Assembly: GCA_049600095.1 (NCBI GenBank)
Contig: JBMYPG010000003.1
Location: forward strand, 3,065-67,064
Length of the DNA: 64,000 bases
From: Pikeienuella sp.
Lineage (GTDB): Bacteria; Pseudomonadota; Alphaproteobacteria; Rhodobacterales; Rhodobacteraceae
Direction of reading: 5' to 3'
The stretch's first letter is position 1. Every line of letters begins with the position of its first letter. Under the pieces are notes generated by a model. It was given only the letters and a program-made list of their open reading frames with translations. It had not been told where the DNA came from and did no database searches. A program made the translations under genes and the position numbers. Positions 18,836-28,497 of this stretch are shown here, in pieces.

Positions 18836-21800
18836 CTAATATTTCTCTGCTTGGCGCAGACGCCGTACAAGGGCGGCAATGACCCCTGATGCGATCTCTG
18901 CATTTGCCTCAAACAGTGTAGAAAGCTGCTCATTCGACAGGGCCAAAACATGCGTCGCCTCGACTGCAATAACATCCGCCATGCGCGGTTCCGGGTCTAA
19001 TGCAGCTAAGTCGCCGAACACAGCCTTTGCGCCAAGATCAACCGTTTCCCCATCTGAGCGCCGGACTTGGACAGCACCGGAAGCTACGATGTAAAGCTCA
19101 TCCCCTTGGTCACCTTTTTTCATAACGGCTTCGCCGGGGTCAAAATAAAGGGAAGTCAGATAGGGCGCTATATCTGCCAAATCTTCGTCCGGGACATCGC
19201 GGAATAGGTCTGCTGCTTTTAACGTCAGCACCTTTTCAATAATGCTTAGGGTCATATCGGTTTTTCCTTCTCCAGCGGCGTCGATATAGGCGATCATATC
19301 GCTCAGCAGCGGGCCAGGGTCTTCGATGGTTTCGATTACTTGCGTTATTCGGTCGGGGGCAAATAAAGCCAAATGCCACAACGCCATCGCCTGTAACAGG
19401 TCAGTGCGCCAGGTTGCTTCGGTGATGATATGCGCCAGCCATTCATCAGGCTTTTGTTCGGTATATCCAAGTTCAGTCTGCAGTTTAGCCTTCACGTCTG
19501 ATGCAAAGGGGTCTTCGACCATTCTTGCATGTGACAATAGCTTGGAGGGCGCATTCCTCATGTTTGAGGCTCTGACAGAGGTGATTGTGTTCGCTTCTTC
19601 ACTGTTTCTCGGTTTCAACAGCCGAACCGCACGATAGGCTCTGCGGGCAGAGCGCATTGAACGGGCAGCAAGCGCACGGTCCATCGCGGCGAACTGTTCT
19701 GGATCAGTTGAATGGGCGGCCAAATCACAACGTGCCATGGCTGCGGCCAGACCATTGCGCATCATTTCCTCTGCCTGTGCTTTAACGTCGGCCTTCATTT
19801 CTTTTGGCGCAACCGATCCGGCACGCCAAAGTGCAAGATGCACCGAAGCCTTTAAATCAACATTAGTCGAGGAGATGTGCCGCAGCAAATGAGCCTCTGC
19901 CTCAGGTGAATCAATTCCACCCAAAGCAGCGACGGCTGTCCGCCGTTGGGACAGTGTATAATTTCGGTTGCCAATCGCCTGTGCAAGTGGACCAACTGCA
20001 GGCTCACCAATCAGTGAAAGCGATTGCCGTGCTGCACGAGCTTCGCGGCCGTTAGCCAGACAATCGATCAACAGATTAGCCAACCCGGCATCCGAAACTT
20101 TGCCTGCCGCCCTTATTGCAAGATTTCGAGTGCGTTGGTCAGTGGACCGCAACCCTTGAGCAATTGGGCCAGTAGGAGCATTGGAACCGATTTTTAAGAT
20201 TGCGGCCAATGTTTCAATAAGTTCCGCCACACCACGTGTTGAATAGGTCTCCAAAAACTGGCCAGCCACGGACGCGCCATAGGGACCGCCATGCAGACCC
20301 AACCCGATGAGAGCGCCCATGGGCGGGTTCTCAGGTTCCGCCGCAAGTGTTTTGGCCAACAAGCGAGGAGAGTTGCGGTGACCAGTTGCTGCTGCCGCGA
20401 TCAAAAGCGCATCGCGCAATTCCTTATCTTCTTCGACAGTCAGGCGTCCTGCCATTGGCGGGAACAGTTTGAATCGTGTGATTTCCTTAACCGATGTTAG
20501 CAACCGCTTAAGCACCTCAGGTGATCCGTGTGCAATTAGGCGCGGTGCTGTGTTGAGAAACCCATCGGGGTCAAGCACAGCCTGCAACCGCGCAGCTTCT
20601 ACCGCTTCGTCAGGCTCTCCATGCAGCACTTTTTGGGCCAACATCTCTCGGCTTTCCCGATCAGCAGCACCGACTGCACCAGCATCAAAAGTTTGCCCAC
20701 TGGACACAGCGCGGTCCATTGCTTTTGCATGAATGTTGGAAACCACCCAACCACCAGCCAACCAAACCAAGATAAAGCCGCAGTAAATATAAACGCCATT
20801 AAGTACATCAAAACCATACGCATCGATCCAAATGGCAAGCAAAACACCTGCCAGCGCGAAACCTGCTGGTCGAGCATATTTCTCTGCCAGTTCACGGAAA
20901 GGTCGCCGGTGCATTTCAGGCAACGGCTGGTAGAGCGCACTAAATGCTGGCGAATAGAACCCGGCAATCAAGGCACGCTCTATCGCCTTGATCGCTGCGA
21001 TTACGAATAGGATCCAATACCCAAGCTCACCGAAAGTGGACAATAATACGACCAGCACGGCCATTCCCAACATGAGGGCTGGCATACCGATAATGGCGGT
21101 GCGAGGACCGTGTTTTTCCAGAAGCCGGTTCTGACCAACCGCAAGCAGAGCCAGGGAAATTAGGCCAGCGAAGGCTAAGGCGTATCCGATCAATCCGGTC
21201 AAAGGTGCAGCTGTTTCGAACGCTTGCGCCGCCGCACCCAGAAAAACGATATCCAGCGCATAATGACCCAAAGCCCAAATGATCGCAAAGCTGGAGAGTG
21301 CCATTGCGTATCGTTCGGCACCGCGAGCCAATGACCGCCCACGTTTTGCTTTGCTGCGACGTTGTTGGCTGGCCACTTCCGGTGCTGCGTGCGCCCGGTC
21401 AGCAGGCGCACGAGGCGCAATGCCAATTGCCAATGCAGGTGGGACGGCCAATAGCAGCATCATCGGCACCATAAACAACATGTGTTCAACCGAGATCAGC
21501 AGCAAAATTTGTGGGGCCAACAGGCCGTTTAGCATGAGGCCAAAGGCATCACCGGCCGCCAAAACAACAAACCACCGCTTGGCGTTTCGGACAGAGAAAA
21601 ACTGCTCAGCATAGGCCCAGAATGCCAAGCCGCCGATCAGATAGTCGAGCCGCGCCCAAACTGCGATGATGAAAGACAGGGTTTTGGGGGCCCCAAATTC
21701 AAAACCAGCTGCCATCGGCACGGATATGACAATCCGCCCAACGATAAGCCAGAACAACAACGTCCTGAGGGGTACATGTTTTCGCCCCCATGTGAACGCC

Positions 21801-21988
21801 CAAGCTGCAATCGCTGCCGTAACAGCAAAAACAACATACATCGCAGGCAAGCCTTCGGCACCATGATGAGTTAGGAAAAGAGCGGTTCCCGCCGAGTGAA
21901 ACACCACAAATGGTGCACCCAAGGTGGCAAAGGCGACCATAAAAAATTGGATAGCAGCTAGCCGCCCATCGCGGTCAGCCTCAATCAT
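18836..21988 (-). CDS. Fusion protein: NTT/TLC-like MFS-fold transporter + HEAT repeats + cyclic-nucleotide-binding domain
   Basis: About 12 N-terminal TM segments with ALFLTHHGAEGLPAMY, FWAYAEQFFSVRNAKRWF, LYQPLP; HEAT-like RNLAIRAAGK and RRTAVAALG; C-terminal GDQGDELYIVASGAV...FGDLAALDPEPRMADV. Confidence 0.85.
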   Translation of the reverse strand: MIEADRDGRLAAIQFFMVAFATLGAPFVVFHSAGTALFLTHHGAEGLPAMYVVFAVTAAIAAWAFTWGRKHVPLRTLLFWLIVGRIVISVPMAAGFEFGAPKTLSFIIAVWARLDYLIGGLAFWAYAEQFFSVRNAKRWFVVLAAGDAFGLMLNGLLAPQILLLISVEHMLFMVPMMLLLAVPPALAIGIAPRAPADRAHAAPEVASQQRRSKAKRGRSLARGAERYAMALSSFAIIWALGHYALDIVFLGAAAQAFETAAPLTGLIGYALAFAGLISLALLAVGQNRLLEKHGPRTAIIGMPALMLGMAVLVVLLSTFGELGYWILFVIAAIKAIERALIAGFYSPAFSALYQPLPEMHRRPFRELAEKYARPAGFALAGVLLAIWIDAYGFDVLNGVYIYCGFILVWLAGGWVVSNIHAKAMDRAVSSGQTFDAGAVGAADRESREMLAQKVLHGEPDEAVEAARLQAVLDPDGFLNTAPRLIAHGSPEVLKRLLTSVKEITRFKLFPPMAGRLTVEEDKELRDALLIAAAATGHRNSPRLLAKTLAAEPENPPMGALIGLGLHGGPYGASVAGQFLETYSTRGVAELIETLAAILKIGSNAPTGPIAQGLRSTDQRTRNLAIRAAGKVSDAGLANLLIDCLANGREARAARQSLSLIGEPAVGPLAQAIGNRNYTLSQRRTAVAALGGIDSPEAEAHLLRHISSTNVDLKASVHLALWRAGSVAPKEMKADVKAQAEEMMRNGLAAAMARCDLAAHSTDPEQFAAMDRALAARSMRSARRAYRAVRLLKPRNSEEANTITSVRASNMRNAPSKLLSHARMVEDPFASDVKAKLQTELGYTEQKPDEWLAHIITEATWRTDLLQAMALWHLALFAPDRITQVIETIEDPGPLLSDMIAYIDAAGEGKTDMTLSIIEKVLTLKAADLFRDVPDEDLADIAPYLTSLYFDPGEAVMKKGDQGDELYIVASGAVQVRRSDGETVDLGAKAVFGDLAALDPEPRMADVIAVEATHVLALSNEQLSTLFEANAEIASGVIAALVRRLRQAEKY

Positions 21989-22042
21989 GATTAACCTGAG
22001 TCATCTCGCCTACCCCCACTCTGACGAATTTCTCACCAGCAA

Positions 22043-22105
22043 CTTATAGCGCAAATTTATCAAACAACTAGGGGGTGGTACATTCAAAACGTGCTGTCAC
22101 GCACG
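22043..22105 (-). promoter_or_regulatory. Putative class I CRP-family site plus -10 for the NTT-HEAT-cNMP gene
   Basis: Palindrome CGTGC-N6-GCACG at 22090-22105; minus-strand TATAAG at 22048-22043. Confidence 0.4.
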
Positions 22106-22149
22106 AATCTGCATATGTCGAGATTTTCGGGGAACTTATGCTAAGGCGC

Positions 22150-23082
22150 TTACACGCCCGGCGGATAGATAGCCTCTATAATACGACTTGCGGCCAAGGC
22201 GTCTATGGCAGTGCATGGTGAATTGGCGTCATCCAAAATATGCTCAACCATCGCCGCGAAGAATGGCAAATGCGGTGCAGCAGGAGTTGCAATGTCTTGT
22301 TCGATCATTCCGCCATCACGCGTTAGTCGCAGCGGGCCGGGGTCAAAGAACTTTGTCGTTAAGGTTCCTTTTTCCCCGTGGATGGTCAGCCGATCCTCTG
22401 CTTCATCAGCATCCGGGTCAAACACGCCGGTCGCGGTACATTCATCGAGGCTAAGCGCATAGGCCACTGCTGACCCTCTGGCCACGACGGAGTGTTTATT
22501 TACGGGGCCAAACGCCCAGATCAGCCAATCAAGCGCATGAGAATGGCTGTCTGAGAACCGCCCGCCGGGCGAAGCTGAGGGGTCGCCACGCCACCCATAT
22601 GGCGGAACATCCCCGTCGGTCCGAAGCTGCCTGATCTCTACCTTCTCCAACTTACCAACAGCTCCTGCCTCTACCATCGCCAACATCCGGGTTAGCTTGG
22701 GGTCACAGCGCCGATAGTATGCAACGGAGAGGGAAGTTCTTTCGGTGCGAGCTGCTGCTACCATGCGCATGCCGCCAGCCAAATCAGGAGCGATTGGTTT
22801 TTCAACAACAATCGGTTTGCGTGCTGCCAGTGCCTGCATCACCATTTCTTCGTGATGTTGTGGTGGCACAGCGATATAGATCGCATCAATCGCGCGGTCA
22901 GCAATCAGGCTTTTCGCATTTGGGTGTAACCGCGCGCCAAAACGCGCGGTCAATGCAGAAACGTCGCTACCGCCGCTGCAAATCGCAGCCAATGACGAGC
23001 GCGGCTCAGCCAATAGCGAAGGGCCGGATTTGCGGCGGACAACATCGCCCGCCCCAATAATGCCCCATCTGACCCGCGCCAT
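22150..23082 (-). CDS. Gfo/Idh/MocA family oxidoreductase
   Basis: RWGIIGAG, DAIYIAVPPQHH, VEKP, AYYRR. Confidence 0.92.
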   Translation of the reverse strand: MARVRWGIIGAGDVVRRKSGPSLLAEPRSSLAAICSGGSDVSALTARFGARLHPNAKSLIADRAIDAIYIAVPPQHHEEMVMQALAARKPIVVEKPIAPDLAGGMRMVAAARTERTSLSVAYYRRCDPKLTRMLAMVEAGAVGKLEKVEIRQLRTDGDVPPYGWRGDPSASPGGRFSDSHSHALDWLIWAFGPVNKHSVVARGSAVAYALSLDECTATGVFDPDADEAEDRLTIHGEKGTLTTKFFDPGPLRLTRDGGMIEQDIATPAAPHLPFFAAMVEHILDDANSPCTAIDALAASRIIEAIYPPGV

Positions 23083-23094
23083 TGTTTTGCCCTA

Positions 23095-24120
23095 TCAGAC
23101 GCGCTCAGCCGCTACGCGGACGACCTGCTTGCCAAAGTTTCCACCAGACAGAACCTGCATGAACGCATCAGGGGCGGAGGCCAACCCTTCGGTAAAGCTT
23201 TCTTTCGCCTTGATGGCTCCGCTGGCCAAGAGCGGTCCGACCTCGGCCAGAAACTCTGGGTACTGGCCCCAATGGTCGGTGACGATAAAGCCGCGAACGG
23301 TGATCCGGTTGACCAGAAATGCTCGCCACAACGCGCTGGACATATCCGGCCCCTCTGGCGCTTCGGTCAGGTTGTATTGAGAAATCATGCCACAAAGCGG
23401 AATGCGGCTGAACGCATTCATCAACGGCATAACCGCTGCCAACGTTACACCACCGACGTTTTCAAAGTAGATGTCCACGCCATCAGGGCAAGCGGCACGC
23501 AATTTCTTTTTCAGATCGGGGTCGCGATGATCAACACAAGCATCACAGCCGAGCGTTTCGATTGCGTAGGCACATTTTTCTGCGCCGCCAGCTACGCCAA
23601 CAACGCGCAATCCACGTTGTTTGGCCAATTGGCAAACGAGTGAGCCAACGGCCCCGGTTGCCGCTGAAACAACGATCGTTTCACCCTCTTTAGGTTTACC
23701 GTGAATAGTCAACCCAGCCCACGCGGTCATGCCCGGCATGCCCATGACGCCTAGCGCGTAGGAAAGTGGCCCCATCGCCGGGTTCAGTTTGGTCAACCCT
23801 GCGCCAGAATGGGTTTGATAATCAGCCCATTTCAGCCCACCGGCGACGTAATCGCCAATTTTGAACGCATCATTGTCTGAGCCGACAACCTCTGCCACGC
23901 AGCCCGATTCAATGGGTCCGCCGGCTTCGAACGGTGCGATGTATGATTTTCCTTCGTTCATGCGCCCGCGCAGATAAGGGTCAACAGACAAGTAAACTAA
24001 GCGAAGCAACACCTCGCCCGCCCCTGCTTCGGGCATATCAATAGCTTGATGGCCAAAGTTATCCGGCGTTGGCACACCCATAGGGCGCGATGCCAAAATG
24101 ATTTCGTGATTGTTGCTCAT
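23095..24120 (-). CDS. NADP-dependent alkenal reductase (CurA/YncB, MDR family)
   Basis: LASRPMG, LSVDPYLRGRM, GMPGMTAW, VSAATGAVGS, DIYFENVGG, GNFGK. Confidence 0.93.
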   Translation of the reverse strand: MSNNHEIILASRPMGVPTPDNFGHQAIDMPEAGAGEVLLRLVYLSVDPYLRGRMNEGKSYIAPFEAGGPIESGCVAEVVGSDNDAFKIGDYVAGGLKWADYQTHSGAGLTKLNPAMGPLSYALGVMGMPGMTAWAGLTIHGKPKEGETIVVSAATGAVGSLVCQLAKQRGLRVVGVAGGAEKCAYAIETLGCDACVDHRDPDLKKKLRAACPDGVDIYFENVGGVTLAAVMPLMNAFSRIPLCGMISQYNLTEAPEGPDMSSALWRAFLVNRITVRGFIVTDHWGQYPEFLAEVGPLLASGAIKAKESFTEGLASAPDAFMQVLSGGNFGKQVVRVAAERV

Positions 24121-24206
24121 GTATCCTCGCTTTCAACGCGCAGACTAATCATCATGCGACGATCAGGCCAAGGGCCACTTGCAGAGTTCGTTGAAATGAG
24201 GCGGCG

Positions 24207-25118
24207 TTAGCAGTCGAATCTGCGTGGTGTTGCCGCCAATTTTGCCTTTAAGAATTTCACTAAGGCCTGCACTTTTGCAGCACGGTGAACATCAACATGT
24301 GTCACCAACCAAAGCACGCTATCCCATTCTGGCATAGCAGGGGTCACTTCAACCAAATCGGGGAGTCCCCGCGCAATCGCCGCAGTCAAGAAACCAATAC
24401 CTGCCCCGCAACGAATAGCGTCTTCATAACTTCGCATCCCGGACGCGCGAAATACGACCTGCTCATCAGAGACATACTTGTCTAGCCAAGACTGGAAAGG
24501 TGCACGCCCCAAAGCGCCTATAACACCAACGAACCGATGGTTATTGGCATCATCGTTGCTTTGCAAAAGGCCATGTTGCTCAACATAGCTTTTGTGGGCG
24601 TACAGCGTTACGGGCGTCTGCGCCACTTTCTGCGCAATGTTATCCGGCTCTTGTGGCTTAGCGCCCGCACGCAGGGCAACATGCGCCTCACCATATTCCA
24701 GTTTCAACAATCTGGTGTCTTCAACCAAAGTTAGCCGTACTTCCGGATGCATTTGGCCAAACTCGGCTAACAACGGCGTGATGATGGGCGACAACCCGCT
24801 TAGTGAAGTAACGACCAGATCACCACTGACCGCTTCGCTTCGCCCTTTTAGGTTTCCAGCCAACCTTTCCAACGTTTCTTCGGTCGCTGCGGCAGTGCGC
24901 ATTAATTCACGCCCCGCCTCTGTCGGGTGATAGCCACGCGGGTTTCGCTGGAACAGCTTGGCACCCAGTCGGGCCTCTAACGCATCAATTCGGCGGATCA
25001 CTGTTGCGTGGTGAATTCCCAGATAGCTGGCAGCGGCGCTAAGCGTGCCAAGTCGAGCGACGTGATAAGCTACGCGCACCTCATCCCAATCACCGAATAC
25101 CTCACTCTGTTCATTCAT
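24207..25118 (-). CDS. LysR family transcriptional regulator
   Basis: HTH GTLSAAASYLGIHHATVIRRIDALEARLGAKLFQR; divergent from azoR. Confidence 0.94.
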   Translation of the reverse strand: MNEQSEVFGDWDEVRVAYHVARLGTLSAAASYLGIHHATVIRRIDALEARLGAKLFQRNPRGYHPTEAGRELMRTAAATEETLERLAGNLKGRSEAVSGDLVVTSLSGLSPIITPLLAEFGQMHPEVRLTLVEDTRLLKLEYGEAHVALRAGAKPQEPDNIAQKVAQTPVTLYAHKSYVEQHGLLQSNDDANNHRFVGVIGALGRAPFQSWLDKYVSDEQVVFRASGMRSYEDAIRCGAGIGFLTAAIARGLPDLVEVTPAMPEWDSVLWLVTHVDVHRAAKVQALVKFLKAKLAATPRRFDC

Positions 25119-25153
25119 GAACAAAACATGTTCACAGACTGGCCTTTTGTTCA
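25108..25153. promoter_or_regulatory. Putative LysR operator region
   Basis: TGTTCAT-TC-ATGAACA palindrome plus further TGTTCA half-sites at 25129 and 25148 between the divergent genes. Confidence 0.45.
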
Positions 25154-25205
25154 AATGATTTCTGTTTAGATCAGGTAGAGTGAAACAAAATACAGGATCA
25201 ACACC

Positions 25206-25820
25206 ATGTCCGCCTCTGCTTTGAGCATTCTAAAAATCGACTCATCTGGCCGCAAAACCGGCTCTGCCTCTCGTCAGATGACGGCTAGGCTTTCTGACCG
25301 GTTGGTTGCTGCCAACACCGGAGCGACGATCGTCGCGCGCGATGTCTCATCTGGCCTTCCTACCGTGGATGAAATTTGGATCGGTGCCAATTTCACCCCC
25401 GCCGATGCGCGCAGCGAAGAACAGGCCAATATGCTGAGCCAATCCGATGAATTGGTTGCTGAGTTACGCGCGGCAGACGTTCTGGTGATTGGCCTGCCAA
25501 TCTATAATTTTGGTGTTCCTGCATCGTTGAAAGCATGGATCGATCTAATCTGTCGCGCGGGTGAGACATTCCAGTACGGCGAGAATGGCCCAGAGGGCTT
25601 GCTGACCGGCAAACGCGCGATTGTTACCGTTGCTTCCGGCGGCGTACCGCTTGGCTCACCGGTTGATCATGCTAGCACTTACCTGAAAACCGTATTGGGC
25701 TTTGTCGGCATTACAGATGTAACTTTCGTTGGCGCAACCGGCCTAGCGATGGATGCAGAGGCACCGTTGCGCGCCGCCGAATCTGAGATTGACGCCATTG
25801 CGTTAAAAGCTGCGGCCTGA
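25206..25820 (+). CDS. azoR: FMN-dependent NADH-azoreductase
   Basis: LKIDSSGR...SASR, PIYNFGVPASLKAWID, RAGETF, ASGG. Confidence 0.9.
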   Translation: MSASALSILKIDSSGRKTGSASRQMTARLSDRLVAANTGATIVARDVSSGLPTVDEIWIGANFTPADARSEEQANMLSQSDELVAELRAADVLVIGLPIYNFGVPASLKAWIDLICRAGETFQYGENGPEGLLTGKRAIVTVASGGVPLGSPVDHASTYLKTVLGFVGITDVTFVGATGLAMDAEAPLRAAESEIDAIALKAAA

Positions 25821-25844
25821 GCAAACGACTGAAGGATCCATCCA

Positions 25845-26219
25845 ATGAACGATCAGGTGAAGAAATATGGGCTTTGGACCATCAAAGCCTTTGTTGGCCT
25901 AGCATTTATCGCCACTGGTTCTGCCAAACTTTTCGGTGCGGAAATGATGGTCGCGACCTTTGATGCAATTGGGGTTGGCCAGTGGTTTCGGTACGGAACC
26001 GGAGCAATAGAAGTAGTTGGTGCAATGCTGCTGTTCGCCCCCAGAAAACAAGCGGTTGGGGCCACCTTATTGCTCTGTACAATGGTGGGCGCGGTCCTTG
26101 CCCACCTATTCATTATTGGGCCAAGTGCAGTTCCAGCAGTCATTTTGGGTGCTTTGACCGCAACTGTACTTTTTGCCCATCGAGATCAGTTACCAAAAGG
26201 CTTGCATCTCGCCGCCTAA
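25845..26219 (+). CDS. DoxX family membrane protein
   Basis: GSAKL, QWFRYGTGAIEV, MVGAVLAH. Confidence 0.9.
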   Translation: MNDQVKKYGLWTIKAFVGLAFIATGSAKLFGAEMMVATFDAIGVGQWFRYGTGAIEVVGAMLLFAPRKQAVGATLLLCTMVGAVLAHLFIIGPSAVPAVILGALTATVLFAHRDQLPKGLHLAA

Positions 26220-26255
26220 ATCTCAGGCTGAACCGAGCCCCAGTAAATGGTAGTC

Positions 26256-26298
26256 AACGCCAGTCGAGCAATACGCTCGGCTGGCGTTATCCTTTTTG
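26256..26298 (+). terminator. Rho-independent terminator after azoR-doxX
   Basis: AACGCCAGTCGAGC-aatac-GCTCGGCTGGCGTT followed by ATCCTTTTT. Confidence 0.75.
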
Positions 26299-26440
26299 GA
26301 TACGCTCTTAAACTTTCCGGACGATCAACATATTAAATTCTAAGCAGCCTGCATTTACTGGTTTTCCCCTTGCACCCACCAGCATCCCCTTTAGTCTGAA
26401 AGTTAACCATTAAGAGAACATAAATCCGAAGGGACCAAGA

Positions 26441-27247
26441 ATGAGCGCCAGCGAACTATTTAACCTTGCGGGAAAGACAGCTCTCGTCACAGGTGGAGCC
26501 ACTGGAATTGGTCGCATGGCAGCTACGGGTTTGGCTGGCGCGGGTGCTCGGGTGTTGATCGCCAGCCGCAAGTTGGAAATCTGTGAATCGACCGCCGCAG
26601 AGATTAACGGACTGGGGTTATCTGGTCAGGTTGAAGCATTTCAGGGCGATGTAAGCTCCGAAGAAGGCGTTATTGCATTGGCCGCAGAAATTAACGAACG
26701 CACTGACGCCTTGCATGTTTTGATGAACAACGCTGGCGTAACGTGGGGCGCTCCTTACCCAGAATTTCCCCATAAAGCATGGGAAAAGGTGATGTCGGTG
26801 AATGTCGCCGGGCTGTTTTCACTAACCCAACAGCTTACGCCCTTATTGGCCTCATCTGCCTCATTGGACGACCCGGCACGGGTTGTGAATGTTGGGTCGG
26901 TCATGGGAACTTCGCCAATTGGCGTTGGCGCATATTCCTATTCAGCATCAAAGGGTGCTGTTCATCATTTGACCAAGATTTTGGCGACAGAGCTTGCGTC
27001 ATCGCGGATCACTGTGAATGCCATCGCCCCCGGCCCATTCCAATCTGGCATGACTGCATTCGCAACAGCAGATGCAGACAACCGAGACCGGATCGGCGAC
27101 AAAACTCCACTTGGCCGCATTGGTCGCCCTGATGACATTGCCGGACTTATGGTATTCCTCAGCTCGCGTGCTGGTGCTTATATCACTGGTGCCGTTATTC
27201 CTGTTGATGGTGGTATTTCCGTCGAAACCGTTAAAAACCTGTTCTAA
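26441..27247 (+). CDS. SDR family oxidoreductase (RhlG-like)
   Basis: TGGATGIG, NNAG, YSASK, NAIAPGPF. Confidence 0.93.
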   Translation: MSASELFNLAGKTALVTGGATGIGRMAATGLAGAGARVLIASRKLEICESTAAEINGLGLSGQVEAFQGDVSSEEGVIALAAEINERTDALHVLMNNAGVTWGAPYPEFPHKAWEKVMSVNVAGLFSLTQQLTPLLASSASLDDPARVVNVGSVMGTSPIGVGAYSYSASKGAVHHLTKILATELASSRITVNAIAPGPFQSGMTAFATADADNRDRIGDKTPLGRIGRPDDIAGLMVFLSSRAGAYITGAVIPVDGGISVETVKNLF

Positions 27248-27261
27248 GAAGGATTGTCGCC

Positions 27262-28497
27262 ATGGATTTGGGCGTAACTGAAAAAGTTAAACCACTACTC
27301 GCTGCCGTCGCCGATATGATCAATGAAAAGGTCATTCCGGTTGAAGAAGAGTTTGAAAACGAAGTTGGCAAAGCACCCGGTGGGCGGTTTGCGCATACCG
27401 ATCGCCAACTAGAAATCCTGAACGACCTGAAGGCAGAGGCGAAAAGCCGGGGCCTGTGGAATTTCTGGCTGACGGACAGCACGCGCGGCTATGGCCTGAC
27501 GACAGTTGAGTACGCTTATCTTGCCGAAGAAATGGGTAAATCCAAACTGGGCGCTGAGACCTTTAACTGCTCTGCCCCTGACACCGGCAATATGGAAGTC
27601 ATCGAACGCTACGGTACCGAGGCGCAGAAGGAAAAATGGCTGGTGCCGTTGATGAATGGCAAAATCCGTTCTGCCTTTATGATGACAGAACCGCAGGTTG
27701 CTTCTTCTGATGCCACTAATATCTCACTCTCCGCCGTGCGAGATGGGGATGAATGGGTACTTAACGGCGAAAAATGGTGGGCCTCTGGTGCCGGTGATCC
27801 GCGCTGTAAAATTTATATCGTCATGGTCAAAACCGACCCTGACAACCCGAATAAACATAAGCAGCAAAGCCAGATCCTTGTTCCTGCGGGAACGAAAGGC
27901 GTAGAAATCCTGCGGCCAATGCAAGTTTATGGTCAGGATGATGCACCACATGGCCATATGCATGTACGGTTTACCGATGTGCGTGTGCCCTACGAAAACA
28001 TCATTTTGGGTGAGGGCCGCGGTTTTGAGGTTGCTCAGGGCCGTCTTGGGCCAGGCCGCATCCATCACTGCATGCGTTCCATTGGTGCCGCAGAAAAAGC
28101 GCTGGAATCTATGTGCAAGCGCAGCCTGTCGCGTACTGCATTTGGCAAACCCATCGCTCAGTTGGGGGCCAATCATGACATCATCGCTGAGGCGAGGATG
28201 GAAATTGAAATGACCCGCCTGTTGTGCCTGAAAACGGCATATATGATGGATACGGTCGGCACCCGCGCGGCTGCGCCGTGGATCAGCCAGATCAAAGTTG
28301 TCGCCCCGCGTATGGCGTTGAAAATCATTGATGAGGCTGTCCAAATGCATGGTGCGATGGGTATCAGTCAGGATACGACATTGGCCCAAAACTGGACATG
28401 GCAACGTGCTTTGCGGCTTGCCGATGGCCCTGATGCTGTGCATCGTCGGGTGGTCGCCCGCAAGGAACTGAAACAGTATACTAACGAGAAGGTCTAA
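27262..28497 (+). CDS. Acyl-CoA dehydrogenase (ACAD10/11-like clade)
   Basis: GLWNF, FNCSAPDTGNMEV, MTEPQVASSDATNI, QGRLGPGRIHHCMR, RLADGPDAVH. Confidence 0.95.
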   Translation: MDLGVTEKVKPLLAAVADMINEKVIPVEEEFENEVGKAPGGRFAHTDRQLEILNDLKAEAKSRGLWNFWLTDSTRGYGLTTVEYAYLAEEMGKSKLGAETFNCSAPDTGNMEVIERYGTEAQKEKWLVPLMNGKIRSAFMMTEPQVASSDATNISLSAVRDGDEWVLNGEKWWASGAGDPRCKIYIVMVKTDPDNPNKHKQQSQILVPAGTKGVEILRPMQVYGQDDAPHGHMHVRFTDVRVPYENIILGEGRGFEVAQGRLGPGRIHHCMRSIGAAEKALESMCKRSLSRTAFGKPIAQLGANHDIIAEARMEIEMTRLLCLKTAYMMDTVGTRAAAPWISQIKVVAPRMALKIIDEAVQMHGAMGISQDTTLAQNWTWQRALRLADGPDAVHRRVVARKELKQYTNEKV

